A DNA stretch of 64,000 nucleotides from Nisaea sp. Lineage in GTDB: Bacteria > Pseudomonadota > Alphaproteobacteria > Thalassobaculales > Thalassobaculaceae. Made by a program: the position numbers and the translations under genes. The notes beneath the pieces are model-generated. The model worked only from the letters and a program-made list of their open reading frames with translations, did not search any database and had not been told where the DNA came from. Location: NCBI RefSeq assembly GCF_040217065.1, contig NZ_JAVJNX010000001.1:52926-116925 (forward strand). The letters run 5' to 3'. Below are positions 38,548 to 50,237 of the stretch, piece by piece. The number at the start of each line of letters is the position of its first letter. Within the stretch, counting starts at the first letter, position 1.

Positions 38548-39012
38548 TTGAGCGATCAGGAAAACACTCTCTTCATCGATCTCGACCACGGCCGCGTGGT
38601 CATCGAACTCAAGCCGGACCTGGCCCCGAAGCACGTGGCACGGGTCAAGGAACTGGCCCGCGAGGGCTTTTATGACGGCATCGTCTTTCACCGGGTGATC
38701 GACGGCTTCATGGCGCAGACCGGTGATCCGACCGGCACCGGCATGAGCGGATCCGGCAAGAAGCTGGACGCCGAATTCTCCGACGCGCCGTTCCAGCGCG
38801 GCACGGTCGGCGCGGCACGCTCCCAGAGCCCGAACAGCGCGGACAGCCAGTTCTTCATCTGCTTCAAGGACGCCCGCTTCCTTGACGGTCAGTACACCGT
38901 CTGGGGCGAAGTCACCGAAGGCATGGAATTCGTCGACAAGATCAAGAAGGGCGAACCGCCGGTCGACCCAGACAAGATGGTCAAGGTCCAGGTCGCGGCC
39001 GACGCCGAGTAA
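38548..39012 (+). CDS. Cytoplasmic cyclophilin-type peptidyl-prolyl isomerase
   Basis: FHRVIDGFMAQTGDP, SQFFIC, LDGQYTVWG; TTG start. Confidence 0.93.
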   Translation: MSDQENTLFIDLDHGRVVIELKPDLAPKHVARVKELAREGFYDGIVFHRVIDGFMAQTGDPTGTGMSGSGKKLDAEFSDAPFQRGTVGAARSQSPNSADSQFFICFKDARFLDGQYTVWGEVTEGMEFVDKIKKGEPPVDPDKMVKVQVAADAE

Positions 39013-39033
39013 CCGGGCCAGACATTTTTCGGA

Positions 39034-39699
39034 TCAAAGACCGGCCAGATGGCCGGTCTTTGTCCAGACCAGGGCACCTTCCGGTGCACTGAAGGCCGCC
39101 CGCGCTCCGGCCGGAAAGCGCAGCCAGCTGCCGGGACCGTACGCGTCCTCATTGTGCAGCAGAGCACCGTCGAGCACGAGAAACTCGCCACCACCGGGCA
39201 TCTCGAAGGCCGGCTGAACCGCCTCCGCATCGTAGCGCGTCACATAGACATGCTCATCGACCGCGTCGAACAGCGGCAGCACCGCCACTCCGGCGGCCGC
39301 CCCCTCTTCCCAGGCAGCATCTTCGGCCCGTGTATCGATGCGCACGAACGCCTGATCCTCGTCCCGCATCTGACGCAGTTTGACGAAGATCGTGCAGCCG
39401 CCGCGGGTGAAGGGGGAATGGCTTGAACCCGGCGGATTGCGCACATACATGCCCGGTCCGTAATCGCCATGCTCATCCGAAAAGGTGCCCTCAAGCACCA
39501 GAAACTCCTCGCCGCCGCCATGGGTATGGGCGGAGAAGCTGCTGGCCGCCGCATAGCGCACGATCGTCGTCGCCCGGGCGACCTCGTCTCCGACCCGGTC
39601 CAGCATGCGGCGATCGACGCCCGCCATCGGCGAGGCGACCCAGGGCAGCCGGTTGCTGTCGGTCCGCACAAGTGCCGAGAAATCCGCGTTGATCTCCAT
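39034..39699 (-). CDS. ChrR-like double cupin domain protein
   Basis: MEINADF, W..SPMAGVDRRML, ATTIVRY, HTHGGGEEFLVL.G.F.DE.G. Confidence 0.88.
   Translation of the reverse strand: MEINADFSALVRTDSNRLPWVASPMAGVDRRMLDRVGDEVARATTIVRYAAASSFSAHTHGGGEEFLVLEGTFSDEHGDYGPGMYVRNPPGSSHSPFTRGGCTIFVKLRQMRDEDQAFVRIDTRAEDAAWEEGAAAGVAVLPLFDAVDEHVYVTRYDAEAVQPAFEMPGGGEFLVLDGALLHNEDAYGPGSWLRFPAGARAAFSAPEGALVWTKTGHLAGL
39036..39061 (+). terminator. Terminator hairpin for the cyclophilin pair, embedded in the 3' end of the convergent cupin gene
   Basis: Perfect 11-bp AAAGACCGGCC-AGAT-GGCCGGTCTTT. Confidence 0.7.
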
Positions 39700-39821
39700 C
39701 CGTCGCTCTCCTGTCCGTCGAATCGTCTATTCAGATATGGAGGCGGCGGAGGGATGCAATGGGCCGGGCCGTTCCGCACCGGCACAGGTTCCGTGCGGCC
39801 GGCAGGACTTCCCGTGGGGGA

Positions 39822-40163
39822 TCAGAAGAACAGGGCGTCTTCCAGCGGGTTGCGGCCTTCGCGATCCTCGATTTCCAGCACCCAGATGTCCGGGTCAATC
39901 CGGCGCTCCTTCTCCAGTACCGCGTCGGCATCCGCTTCCGGCACCGGCACAGCGCCGGTTCGTGACCGCCATCTCAGGCTGCCATCCAGCTCGCGGGCCA
40001 GCGCCAGGATCGTAAAGCCGGGTCCCAGACGGTTGATCTTGAGATAGACCGTGCCCGCATCGTCATCGCCCGAACGCACCACGGTCGCCATCAGACCGAG
40101 CGCCATGCACTGACGCAATCCGGCCTGAACCAGCATTTTCGACTTGAGACGCGGCGTACTCAT
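39822..40163 (-). CDS. DUF1491 family protein
   Basis: PRLKSKMLV, VVRSGDDDAG, DPDIWVLEIEDREG. Confidence 0.88.
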   Translation of the reverse strand: MSTPRLKSKMLVQAGLRQCMALGLMATVVRSGDDDAGTVYLKINRLGPGFTILALARELDGSLRWRSRTGAVPVPEADADAVLEKERRIDPDIWVLEIEDREGRNPLEDALFF

Positions 40164-40323
40164 CGGTTAATCCCCGGCGGTCATTGAAATCTGCGGGTTT
40201 TCCGCGATTTTACTGATCGGTAAAAGCAGCAGGACTCCGACCGGTTTCTTTTTTAGACTACCGGAACGGATGGCAATCCGCGAACAGGCCCTGAGCGGCC
40301 TTAATAAACAGGGGTGGCACATA

Positions 40324-41316
<993 letters not shown>

Positions 41317-41335
41317 CGGCCGCGTATCAGACACC

Positions 41336-42937
41336 ATGACTTCCGATCACCAACAGCCCATGACGGGTGTCGACGGGGCGGGCGGCAGCAAGCCGCCCGC
41401 CATCGCGTTGAAGGGCATCTGCAAGAATTTCGGGCCGGTTCAGGCGAACCGGAATGTGGATCTGCGCGTCATGCCCGGGACCATTCATGGCATCGTCGGC
41501 GAGAACGGCGCGGGTAAATCGACCCTGATGTCGATCCTGTACGGCTTCTATCATGCCGATGCGGGGGAGATCCTGGTCGACGGCACAGCGGTCACCATCG
41601 CCTCGAGCCGTGCCGCCATCGATCTCGGTATCGGCATGGTGCATCAGCATTTCATGCTGGTCGACACCATGAGCGTGCTCGACAATGTCATGCTCGGCTC
41701 TGAAGGCGGCGCCCTGCTCGACAAGGGCGAGCGGGCGGCACGGACCGAACTGGCCCGGCTGTCGAAGGATTACGGGCTGACGGTCGACCCGGACGCCCTT
41801 GTCGGCGATCTTTCGGTCGGCCAGCAGCAGCGGGTCGAGATTCTCAAGGCGCTCATTCGCGGCTGCCGCATCCTGGTGCTGGACGAGCCGACGGGCGTGC
41901 TGACACCGCAGGAAGCGGACCGGTTGTTCGAGATTCTGGACGCGCTGCGGGAGCGCGGCGTCACCATCATCCTGATCACCCACAAGCTGCGCGAAATCCT
42001 GGCCGCCACCGACAGCGTTTCGGTCATGCGCCTCGGCGAGATGGTGGCGCACCGGAAAACATCGGAAACCAGCGCCGAGGAACTCGCCGAGCTGATGGTC
42101 GGCCGCAAGGTCCTCTTGCGCGTGAACAAGCCGGAACCGAAGATCGGCGAGACCATCCTGCACGTCGATGCTCTCTCCGTCGTGGATGCACAGGGCGTGG
42201 ACCGTGTGAAAGCCGTCGGCTTCTCAGTCCGCGCGGGCGAGATCGTGGGTATTGCCGGGGTCGCCGGAAACGGGCAGAGCGAATTGCTCCAGGTGCTTGC
42301 CGGTATCCGCCCGCTCTCCGGCGGCTCCTTCTCGATCAACGGCACCCGCACGGTGTCCGCCGCGACGCCCTACAATCCGCATGAGGCGCGCGGCCTCGGC
42401 ATCGCCCACGTGCCGGAGGACCGGCACCATATGGGACTGGTCACCGCCTTCCCCGCGCATGAGAACCACATCCTCGGTCATCATGACTGGGAGCGGTTCA
42501 ACGATGGCCTGCTGCTCGACCGGGAGGCGGCCATCGCCGACTGCACATCGGAGATGGAGCGCTACGACGTGCGCCCGCCGAACCCGCATCTGGCCGCCGC
42601 CATGTTCTCCGGCGGCAACCAGCAGAAGATCGTGCTGGCCCGGGAACTGGAGACGCAGCCGAAGCTGCTGCTGGTCGGCCAGCCGACCCGCGGCGTCGAT
42701 ATCGGCGCCATCGAGTTCATCCACAACACGCTCGTCGCCATGCGCGACCGGGGAGCGGCGGTGCTGCTGGTCTCCGTCGAGCTGGACGAGATCATCTCCC
42801 TCTCCGACCGCATTCTGGTCATGTCGGACGGCCGCATCGTCGGCGAGATGAGCGCGGCCGACGCGGACCCGCAGCGGATCGGCCTGATGATGGCGAATAT
42901 TTCAGAAGACGACGCCCAGGGTAATGAAGCCGCATGA
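41336..42937 (+). CDS. Nucleoside ABC transporter ATP-binding protein (two NBDs)
   Basis: GENGAGKST, VHQHFML, LDEPT, SGGNQQK, QPTRGVDIGA. Confidence 0.95.
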   Translation: MTSDHQQPMTGVDGAGGSKPPAIALKGICKNFGPVQANRNVDLRVMPGTIHGIVGENGAGKSTLMSILYGFYHADAGEILVDGTAVTIASSRAAIDLGIGMVHQHFMLVDTMSVLDNVMLGSEGGALLDKGERAARTELARLSKDYGLTVDPDALVGDLSVGQQQRVEILKALIRGCRILVLDEPTGVLTPQEADRLFEILDALRERGVTIILITHKLREILAATDSVSVMRLGEMVAHRKTSETSAEELAELMVGRKVLLRVNKPEPKIGETILHVDALSVVDAQGVDRVKAVGFSVRAGEIVGIAGVAGNGQSELLQVLAGIRPLSGGSFSINGTRTVSAATPYNPHEARGLGIAHVPEDRHHMGLVTAFPAHENHILGHHDWERFNDGLLLDREAAIADCTSEMERYDVRPPNPHLAAAMFSGGNQQKIVLARELETQPKLLLVGQPTRGVDIGAIEFIHNTLVAMRDRGAAVLLVSVELDEIISLSDRILVMSDGRIVGEMSAADADPQRIGLMMANISEDDAQGNEAA

Positions 42938-44040
42938 GCCAGCCGATCAAGCTCCCGAAATGGGTTGATGTCGGGGTCATCCCGGCCCTGAACATCCTGG
43001 CCGCGCTCGCGGTCTCGGCGCTCGTCATCCTGATCCTCGGCGAAAATCCGCTCGAGGCCCTCGAAGTGATGCTGTACGGCGCTTTCGGCTATGACGAGGC
43101 GATCGGCTACACACTCTATTACACGACCAATTTCATCTTCACCGGCCTTGCCGTCGCGGTCGCCTTCCATGCCGGGCTGTTTAATATCGGCGGCGAGGGG
43201 CAGGCCTATATCGGCGGCCTGGGCGTCGGGCTCGTCATCCTTGCGCTGGACGGTCTGCTGCCATGGTACGCTCTGCTGCCGCTGGCCATGCTCGGAGCCG
43301 CCTTGTTCGGCGGCGTATGGGCGGCGGTGCCCGGCTGGCTGCAGGCCTATCGCGGCAGCCACATCGTCATCACCACCATCATGTTCAACTTCATCGCCTC
43401 GGCGTTAATGGTCTATCTGCTGGTCAATGTGATGATCAAACCGGGGCAGATGTCCCCCGAAAGCCGGGAATTCGCCGAAAGCGCCTGGCTGCCGATGGCG
43501 CATCAGATGTTCGCCGTCATCGGGATTGACGTCTCCCGCTCGCCGCTGAACCTCTCCTTTGTCCTTGCCCTGATCGCCTCGGTTCTGGTTGCCATTTTCA
43601 TCTGGCGCACCCGCTGGGGCTATGCCATCCGCACGGTCGGCCGGAACGAGACGGCAGCGGTCTATGCCGGAATCGATCCGAAGAAGACGATCTTCTGGAC
43701 CATGGCGCTGTCCGGGATGCTGGCCGGCATGGTCGGCATCAACGAGATCATGGGCGTGCAGCACAAGCTGCTGCTGAATTTCACCGCCGGATACGGCTTC
43801 ACCGGCATCGCCGTCGCCCTGATGGGACGCAATCATCCGATCGGCATCGTGCTGGCCAGCCTGTTGTTCGGCACGCTCTATCAGGGCGGTGCGGAGTTGG
43901 ATTTCGAGTTCGAGCAGATCACCCGCGACATGGTGATCGTCATTCAGGGCTTCATCATCCTGTTCTCCGGCGCGCTCGCCTACATGTTCAATCCGCTGAT
44001 GGCGCGGCTGATCGGCCGGCTCATGCCGGTGCGGGGCTAG
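42934..44040 (+). CDS. Nucleoside ABC transporter permease
   Basis: GLFNIGGEGQ, IVITTIMFN, GYGFTGIAVALMGRN. Confidence 0.93.
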   Translation: MSQPIKLPKWVDVGVIPALNILAALAVSALVILILGENPLEALEVMLYGAFGYDEAIGYTLYYTTNFIFTGLAVAVAFHAGLFNIGGEGQAYIGGLGVGLVILALDGLLPWYALLPLAMLGAALFGGVWAAVPGWLQAYRGSHIVITTIMFNFIASALMVYLLVNVMIKPGQMSPESREFAESAWLPMAHQMFAVIGIDVSRSPLNLSFVLALIASVLVAIFIWRTRWGYAIRTVGRNETAAVYAGIDPKKTIFWTMALSGMLAGMVGINEIMGVQHKLLLNFTAGYGFTGIAVALMGRNHPIGIVLASLLFGTLYQGGAELDFEFEQITRDMVIVIQGFIILFSGALAYMFNPLMARLIGRLMPVRG

Positions 44041-44049
44041 GAGGCGATC

Positions 44050-45027
44050 ATGGCGGATACCTATCTCCTGATCCTGCTCACCCTCGACGCCACCCTGCGC
44101 GTTGCCACGCCGCTTATCCTGGCGGCCATGGCCGGTTTGTTTTCGGAACGCTCCGGGGTGATCGATATCGGGCTCGAGGGCAAGATGCTGGCAGCTGCCT
44201 TTGCCGCCGCCGCGACCGCAGCCGTCACCGGCTCGGCCTGGGCCGGACTCGGCGCCGGGATTACCGTCTCGATCGGGCTGGCTCTGCTGCACGGTTTCGC
44301 CTGCATCACCCATAGGGGCGATCAGGTGATCAGCGGCGTCGCCATCAATGTCGTCGCCGCCGGGCTGACAATCGTGCTCGGCATCGCCTGGTTCCACCAG
44401 GGCGGCCGCACACCGACCCTCGATGCCTCAGCGCGCTTCACCGAGCACGCCCTGCCCTTCGCCGATGCCGCACGCGGCATTCCGGTGATCGGGACGCTCT
44501 ATGCGGAGGTGATCAGCGGGCACAACATCCTCGTCTATCTCGCCCTCGCCATCGTACCCCTGACCTGGTGGGTGATCTACCGCACCCGGTTCGGGCTGCG
44601 GCTGCGGGCGGTTGGCGAAAACCCGGCGGCGGTCGATACGGCCGGGATCAGCGTCGCCGGCCTGCGCTACAGCGCGATGCTGATCGCCGGCATTCTCTGC
44701 GGCATCGCCGGGGCCTATCTTTCCACCGCCCATTCCGCCGCCTTCGTGCGCGACATGACGGCGGGCAAGGGATACATGGCGCTGGCGGCAATGATCTTCG
44801 GCAAGTGGAAGCCGGTGCCGACCCTGTTCGCCTGCCTGCTGTTCGGCTTTCTCGACGCCATGGCCGTCCGTCTGCAGGGCGTCGAGCTGCCGGTGATCGG
44901 CATCTTCCCGGTTCAGCTCCTGCAGGCCCTGCCCTACATCCTGACCGTGGTCCTGCTGGCCGGCTTCATCGGCAAGGCCATCGCCCCGAAGGCCAGCGGC
45001 ACTCCCTATGTGAAGGAGCGGACGTGA
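44050..45027 (+). CDS. Nucleoside ABC transporter permease
   Basis: SERSGVIDIGLEG, RFGLRLRAVGENP, GKGYMALAAMIFG. Confidence 0.93.
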   Translation: MADTYLLILLTLDATLRVATPLILAAMAGLFSERSGVIDIGLEGKMLAAAFAAAATAAVTGSAWAGLGAGITVSIGLALLHGFACITHRGDQVISGVAINVVAAGLTIVLGIAWFHQGGRTPTLDASARFTEHALPFADAARGIPVIGTLYAEVISGHNILVYLALAIVPLTWWVIYRTRFGLRLRAVGENPAAVDTAGISVAGLRYSAMLIAGILCGIAGAYLSTAHSAAFVRDMTAGKGYMALAAMIFGKWKPVPTLFACLLFGFLDAMAVRLQGVELPVIGIFPVQLLQALPYILTVVLLAGFIGKAIAPKASGTPYVKERT

Positions 45028-45848
45028 CCGCATACGAAGCGGCGGCTGACGCCATTCGCAAAGCATTGCCGGGACGCAGCGCCCGGGTCGCGCTGGTGCT
45101 TGGCAGCGGGCTCGGCTCCGTCGCGGACGCGGTCGAGAACCCGGCCTCGGTCTCTTTCGCCGATATACCCGGCTTTCCAAAACCGCGTGTCGAAGGCCAT
45201 CACGGAACGCTGATCCACGGCACGCTCTCCGGCCGGGAAGTCTTCGTGCTGCAGGGCAGGGCCCATGCCTATGAAGGCCATCCGCTGGCCGACATCGTGC
45301 TGCCGGTCCGCACCCTTGCCGCGCTCGGCATCGCCAGCCTGGTGCTGACCAACGCCGCCGGCAGCCTGCAGGACGAGATGGTACCCGGCAGCCTGATGAT
45401 GCTGACGGATCATATCAACTGGTCCGGCGCCAATCCGCTGATCGGCCCGAATGACGCGGCTCTCGGCCCGCGCTTCTTCGACATGACCCAGGCTTATGAC
45501 GTCGCCCTGCGGGCCGCGCTCCGGCGCGGCGCCGAAGCCAGTGACGTGGCTCTGCATGAAGGCATCTATCTCTGGGCGCTCGGCCCGAACTTCGAGACTC
45601 CGGCGGAGATCCGCGCTTTCCGCATCCTCGGCGCCGATGCCGTCGGCATGTCGACGGTGCCGGAAGTGCTGGCCGCCCGGCATGCCGGCCTCAGGGTTGC
45701 CGCAGTTTCCGGTATAACCAATTTCGGCGCGGGCATGGTGGCGAACGAAATTCTCGACCACGAACACACGCTGACCCAGGGCGCGACGATCGCGGAGTCC
45801 ATGACCCGCCTGCTGCTGGAATTTTTGAAGGACTCAATTCATGACTGA
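45024..45848 (+). CDS. Purine-nucleoside phosphorylase (trimeric PNP-I/xanthosine phosphorylase type)
   Basis: VLGSGLG, QGRAHAYEG, TNAAG, GPNFETPAEI, VGMSTVPE; GTG start overlapping permease stop. Confidence 0.93.
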   Translation: MTAYEAAADAIRKALPGRSARVALVLGSGLGSVADAVENPASVSFADIPGFPKPRVEGHHGTLIHGTLSGREVFVLQGRAHAYEGHPLADIVLPVRTLAALGIASLVLTNAAGSLQDEMVPGSLMMLTDHINWSGANPLIGPNDAALGPRFFDMTQAYDVALRAALRRGAEASDVALHEGIYLWALGPNFETPAEIRAFRILGADAVGMSTVPEVLAARHAGLRVAAVSGITNFGAGMVANEILDHEHTLTQGATIAESMTRLLLEFLKDSIHD

Positions 45849-46569
45849 TGCTGGTCGCGCGTTGTCCATGCTCGATCTGACGAGCCTTGGAGACGATGAC
45901 ACTCCGGCATCGGTCGGTGCCATGCTGAAGCGCGCCGTGACACCCGCCGGACCAGTCGCCGCCGTTTGCGTCTGGCCTGCATTCGTTGCACAGGCGAAGA
46001 GCGCACTTGCCGGAACGACTGTCCGCGTCGCCACCGTCTCGAACTTCCCGCAGGGCCGCCCGGATGTGGCCGGCGCCGTCGCCACCACGAAACAGGCCGT
46101 CGGTGATGGCGCGGACGAGGTGGATGTGGTCTGGCCCTATGACAGCTGGCTGAATGGTAACAGCGCCATCGCCGGGGATCTGGTTGCCGCCTGCAAGGAT
46201 GCTTGCGGCAGCACCGCGCACCTGAAGGTCATTCTGGAAACCGGCCGCCTGCAAACCGCGACTGCCATAGCAGGTTCCAGCCGGGATGCGATTGCCGCCG
46301 GTGCGGATTTCATCAAGACTTCCACCGGCAAGACGCCCGTCTCCGCCACTCTGGAAGCTGCCCACATCATGCTGGACGCGATCAGGGAAAGCGGCAAGCC
46401 GGTCGGCCTGAAGCCCTCCGGCGGCATCCGCACGACGGAACAGGCCCTTGCCTATCTGCGGCTGGCGGACAACATCATGGGGCCGGGCTGGGCCACGCCG
46501 GAGACCTTCCGGTTCGGCGCCAGCAGCCTGCTTGACGCGCTGCTCAAGACACTCGGGCACAAAGGATGA
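45841..46569 (+). CDS. deoC: Deoxyribose-phosphate aldolase
   Basis: LDLTSL, VCVWP, LKVILETG, FIKTSTGK, GLKPSGGIR, RFGAS. Confidence 0.96.
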   Translation: MTDAGRALSMLDLTSLGDDDTPASVGAMLKRAVTPAGPVAAVCVWPAFVAQAKSALAGTTVRVATVSNFPQGRPDVAGAVATTKQAVGDGADEVDVVWPYDSWLNGNSAIAGDLVAACKDACGSTAHLKVILETGRLQTATAIAGSSRDAIAAGADFIKTSTGKTPVSATLEAAHIMLDAIRESGKPVGLKPSGGIRTTEQALAYLRLADNIMGPGWATPETFRFGASSLLDALLKTLGHKG

Positions 46570-46581
46570 GAGACTGCCGCC

Positions 46582-47895
46582 ATGCTGACCCAGGAAATCA
46601 TCCGCAAGAAGCGTGACCGCGCAGCCCTCTCGGACAACGAGATCGCGACTTTCGTCGAGCGCATCGCCAAGGATGAAGCGAGCCCGGCGCAGATCGCCGC
46701 CTTCGGCATGGCCGTCTTCCTGAATGGCATGAATACCGAAGAGACCGTCGCCCTGACGCTTGCCATGCGGGACAGCGGCACCGTGATCGACTGGGACGCG
46801 GGTGCCCTCGAAGGCCCGGTGCTGGACAAGCATTCGACCGGTGGCGTCGGCGACAAGGTCAGCCTGATGCTGGCACCGATGGTCGCGGCGGCCGGCGGTT
46901 TCGTGCCGATGATCTCAGGCCGCGGCCTCGGCCATACCGGCGGCACCCTGGACAAGCTGGATTCAGTCCGGGGCTACGATACCGCGCCATCACTCTCCCG
47001 CTTTCGCAAGGTGGTCGCGCAGGCCGGGTGTGCCATCATCGGACAGACGGAGGATCTCGCTCCGGCGGACCGGCGCTTCTACGCCGTGCGGGACGTCACG
47101 GCGACGGTCGAATCCATTCCGCTGATCACCGCCTCGATCCTCTCCAAGAAACTCGCCGCCGGGCTGCAGGGCCTTGCCATGGACGTGAAGACCGGCTCCG
47201 GCGCCTTCATGGAAAAGCTGGATGGCTCCCGTGCCCTCGCCCGCTCCATCGTCGATGTGGCGAACGGCGCCGGCCTTCCGACCACGGCGATCATCACCGA
47301 CATGAACCAGGTGCTCGGCCACAGCGCCGGCAATGCGGTCGAGCTGCGCGAGACCATCGACTATCTCACCGGCGAGCGCCGGGAGGAACGGCTGCATGCG
47401 GTGGTGATCGCGCTCGGCGCGGAAATGCTTGTTACCGGCGGCCTCGCCCCTGACCGTGACGATGCGAGGGACAGGTTGCTGCGGACCCTCGCCTCCGGCG
47501 CGGCGGCCGAACGGTTCGAACGCATGGTCTCCTGTCTCGGCGGGCCGACCCATCTGCTCCGGGACACAGATGCGCTCGCCAAGGCCCCGCATACGGCCGC
47601 GGCCCATGCCGACCGTGTCGGGACGGTAACGGCGATCGACACCCGCCAGGTCGGGCTCGCCGTCGTCGAGCTTGGCGGCGGACGGCGCCGGGCCGAAGAC
47701 CGGATCGACCATTCCGTCGGGCTGAGCGATATCGCCGGGCTCGGAGACAGGGTTGACGGCGACCATCCGCTCGCCATCGTCCATGCCCGGACCGAAGCGG
47801 ACGCAGCCCGCGCCGGCGCGGCCCTGAAAGCTGCCTTTACAATTTCTGATACCGCTCCACCGGAAACCTCCCCGATTGTGGAGATTGTCAGCTGA
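46582..47895 (+). CDS. deoA: Thymidine phosphorylase
   Basis: [51 protein letters not shown]. Confidence 0.96.
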   Translation: MLTQEIIRKKRDRAALSDNEIATFVERIAKDEASPAQIAAFGMAVFLNGMNTEETVALTLAMRDSGTVIDWDAGALEGPVLDKHSTGGVGDKVSLMLAPMVAAAGGFVPMISGRGLGHTGGTLDKLDSVRGYDTAPSLSRFRKVVAQAGCAIIGQTEDLAPADRRFYAVRDVTATVESIPLITASILSKKLAAGLQGLAMDVKTGSGAFMEKLDGSRALARSIVDVANGAGLPTTAIITDMNQVLGHSAGNAVELRETIDYLTGERREERLHAVVIALGAEMLVTGGLAPDRDDARDRLLRTLASGAAAERFERMVSCLGGPTHLLRDTDALAKAPHTAAAHADRVGTVTAIDTRQVGLAVVELGGGRRRAEDRIDHSVGLSDIAGLGDRVDGDHPLAIVHARTEADAARAGAALKAAFTISDTAPPETSPIVEIVS

Positions 47896-49133
47896 TGGCC
47901 CGGGCCTTCCTTATCGTCCTCGATTCCGTCGGTATCGGCGGCGCCCCCGATGCCGAGGCGTTCGGCGATACGGGCTCGAACACGGTCGGCCATATCGCGG
48001 ACGCCTGCGCCGCCGGACGCGGAGACAATGAACAGCGCTCCGGCCCTCTCTCCCTGCCAAATCTCTGCCGTATCGGTCTTGGAAGTGCAGTCGAAGCCAG
48101 CACGGGAAGGCCCGCGCCCGGCCTGACAGAGGCCCCAATCGACGCCGGCTGGGGATATGCATCCGAGATAAGCAACGGCAAGGACACACCGAGCGGACAC
48201 TGGGAGCTGACCGGCGTCCCGGTTACTTTCGACTGGGGATACTTTCCCGAAACGGAACCCTGCTTTCCAGCCGACCTGATGGAACGTCTGATGGCGGCCG
48301 CCGACCTGCCCGGCTGGCTCGGTGACAAGCATGCCAGCGGGACGGTCATCATCGAGGAACTGGGCGCGGAACATATCCGCACCGGCAAGCCGATCATCTA
48401 TACCTCCGCCGACAGCGTGATGCAGATCGCCGCGCACGAGGAGCATTTCGGGCTCGACCGGCTGCTCTCTCTCTGCGAGGCGGCACGCACGCTCGTCGAT
48501 CCGCTGAATATCGGCCGGGTGATCGCCCGGCCTTTTGTGGGAGAAGACCCGGCCAGCTTCCGGCGTACCGCGAACCGGCGGGACTATTCCGTACTGCCCC
48601 CCGCGCCAACATTGCCGAAACGCCATTCGGATCGTGGCGGAGCCGTCATCTCCATCGGCAAGATCGGCGATATCTTCGCCCATGACGGCACCGGCCGGGA
48701 GGTCAAGGCGCCAGACAATGAGGCGATGTTCGACCTGATGCTGACGGAAACCCGCAAGGCCGGGCCGGACAGTCTCATCGTCGTGAATTTCGTCGATTTC
48801 GACGTGCATTTCGGCCACCGGCGCAATCCGGCGGGTTATGCCGCCGCACTCGAGGCCTTCGACCGGCGGTTGCCGGAATTCGAGACCTTGCTTGGCCCGG
48901 ACGATCTCGCCGTCATCACCGCCGATCACGGCTGCGACCCGACCTGGCGCGGCAGTGACCATACCCGCGAGAATGTCCCGGTGCTTACCCTCGGCGGCGC
49001 CCGCCCCCGTGGGTCGATCGGGCATCTCAGCAGCTTCGCCGATGTCGGCCAGACCCTGGCCCGGCATCTGGGGATTGCCGACATGCCGCACGGCCAGTCA
49101 TTTGGCCAAGCGGCGCGGGGGGCCCCTCGATGA
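47895..49133 (+). CDS. deoB: Phosphopentomutase
   Basis: [44 protein letters not shown]. Confidence 0.96.
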   Translation: MARAFLIVLDSVGIGGAPDAEAFGDTGSNTVGHIADACAAGRGDNEQRSGPLSLPNLCRIGLGSAVEASTGRPAPGLTEAPIDAGWGYASEISNGKDTPSGHWELTGVPVTFDWGYFPETEPCFPADLMERLMAAADLPGWLGDKHASGTVIIEELGAEHIRTGKPIIYTSADSVMQIAAHEEHFGLDRLLSLCEAARTLVDPLNIGRVIARPFVGEDPASFRRTANRRDYSVLPPAPTLPKRHSDRGGAVISIGKIGDIFAHDGTGREVKAPDNEAMFDLMLTETRKAGPDSLIVVNFVDFDVHFGHRRNPAGYAAALEAFDRRLPEFETLLGPDDLAVITADHGCDPTWRGSDHTRENVPVLTLGGARPRGSIGHLSSFADVGQTLARHLGIADMPHGQSFGQAARGAPR

Positions 49134-49648
49134 AAATGTTCCGCGACCTGATTCTGATCGCCATGATTTCTGCCGGCGGCATCGGCGGCTCCCAGCTGCC
49201 GCAGCTTGTGCAGGAATATGAGCAACGCCTCGGCGGCGCCCGGGACGAGGTGATGGCCGCGCACAGGAAGGACGTGGAGGATGCCGGTGCCTTCGGCCTG
49301 TCCCTTGATGATTTCGCAGATCGTTACCGGGCGTCGGACGATGCCGCCATCCGGTCCGGTGCAGACAATATGCTGCATCGCCGGGAGCGGGCGCTGGGCT
49401 TGGACGAGGCTCTCTCCAGGTTGACGGAGGCGCCCTACATGCTGCGTCCCTGGATCGCTTTCAAACATCTGGATCAGGCGGTCGGGCAGGCGACATGGCA
49501 GGCCTACCGGCCGACCCTTACCATTGACCCGCGCTTCGCGGTCGCCGGTGTCGTGGTTGCCTGGATCCTGCACGCTTTTCTCGCACTGCTCTGGCGCCTG
49601 CTGTTCGTCCGGCAACGCCATGACCGTCGCCGCTTTGACCGTGCCTGA
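49130..49648 (+). CDS. DUF2937-like membrane protein
   Basis: [19 protein letters not shown] motif, N- and C-terminal hydrophobic segments; ATGA overlap with deoB. Confidence 0.8.
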   Translation: MKMFRDLILIAMISAGGIGGSQLPQLVQEYEQRLGGARDEVMAAHRKDVEDAGAFGLSLDDFADRYRASDDAAIRSGADNMLHRRERALGLDEALSRLTEAPYMLRPWIAFKHLDQAVGQATWQAYRPTLTIDPRFAVAGVVVAWILHAFLALLWRLLFVRQRHDRRRFDRA

Positions 49649-50228
49649 GCCGCTCGGCAGTCTGGTCGCGCGGATCTCCGCCTGCCGGACCTGCGCGGAA
49701 CACCTGCCGCTTGGCCCGCGCCCCGTTGTCGTACCGTGTCCGGGCGCCCGCATCCTGATCGTCGGGCAGGCGCCCGGAACGAAAGTGCATGAAAGCGGCA
49801 TTCCCTGGAACGATCGCTCCGGCGACCGGCTGCGGGACTGGATGGGACTGGACCGGGAGACATTCTACCTGTCGGAACGGATCGCCATCATGCCGATGGG
49901 GTTCTGCTATCCGGGGGTGCTGCCGAATGGGGGCGATGCCCCGCCGCGCCCGGAATGCGCGCCGCAATGGCACGCGGAACTGCTCGGCCATATGCCGGAA
50001 ATCGAGCTGACCATCCTGGCCGGTATGTATGCCCAGAAGGAATATCTCGGGAAGGCCCGGAAGAAGACCCTGACGGAAACCGTCCGGAGCTGGCGGGAAT
50101 ATCTTCCGCGCAATCTGCCGCTACCGCATCCGAGCTGGCGCAGCGGCAATCTGCTGAAGAAGAACCCCTGGATCGAGGGCGAAATCCTGCCCTATCTCCG
50201 GGCCGAGGTCGCCCGCCTGATCGGCTGA
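49620..50228 (+). CDS. Uracil-DNA glycosylase superfamily protein (uncharacterised UDG-like subfamily)
   Basis: LIVGQAPG.KVHESGIPWND.SG, MGFCYPG, PPRPEC, PLPHPSWR. Confidence 0.88.
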   Translation: MTVAALTVPEPLGSLVARISACRTCAEHLPLGPRPVVVPCPGARILIVGQAPGTKVHESGIPWNDRSGDRLRDWMGLDRETFYLSERIAIMPMGFCYPGVLPNGGDAPPRPECAPQWHAELLGHMPEIELTILAGMYAQKEYLGKARKKTLTETVRSWREYLPRNLPLPHPSWRSGNLLKKNPWIEGEILPYLRAEVARLIG

Positions 50229-50237
50229 CCGGGAAGC

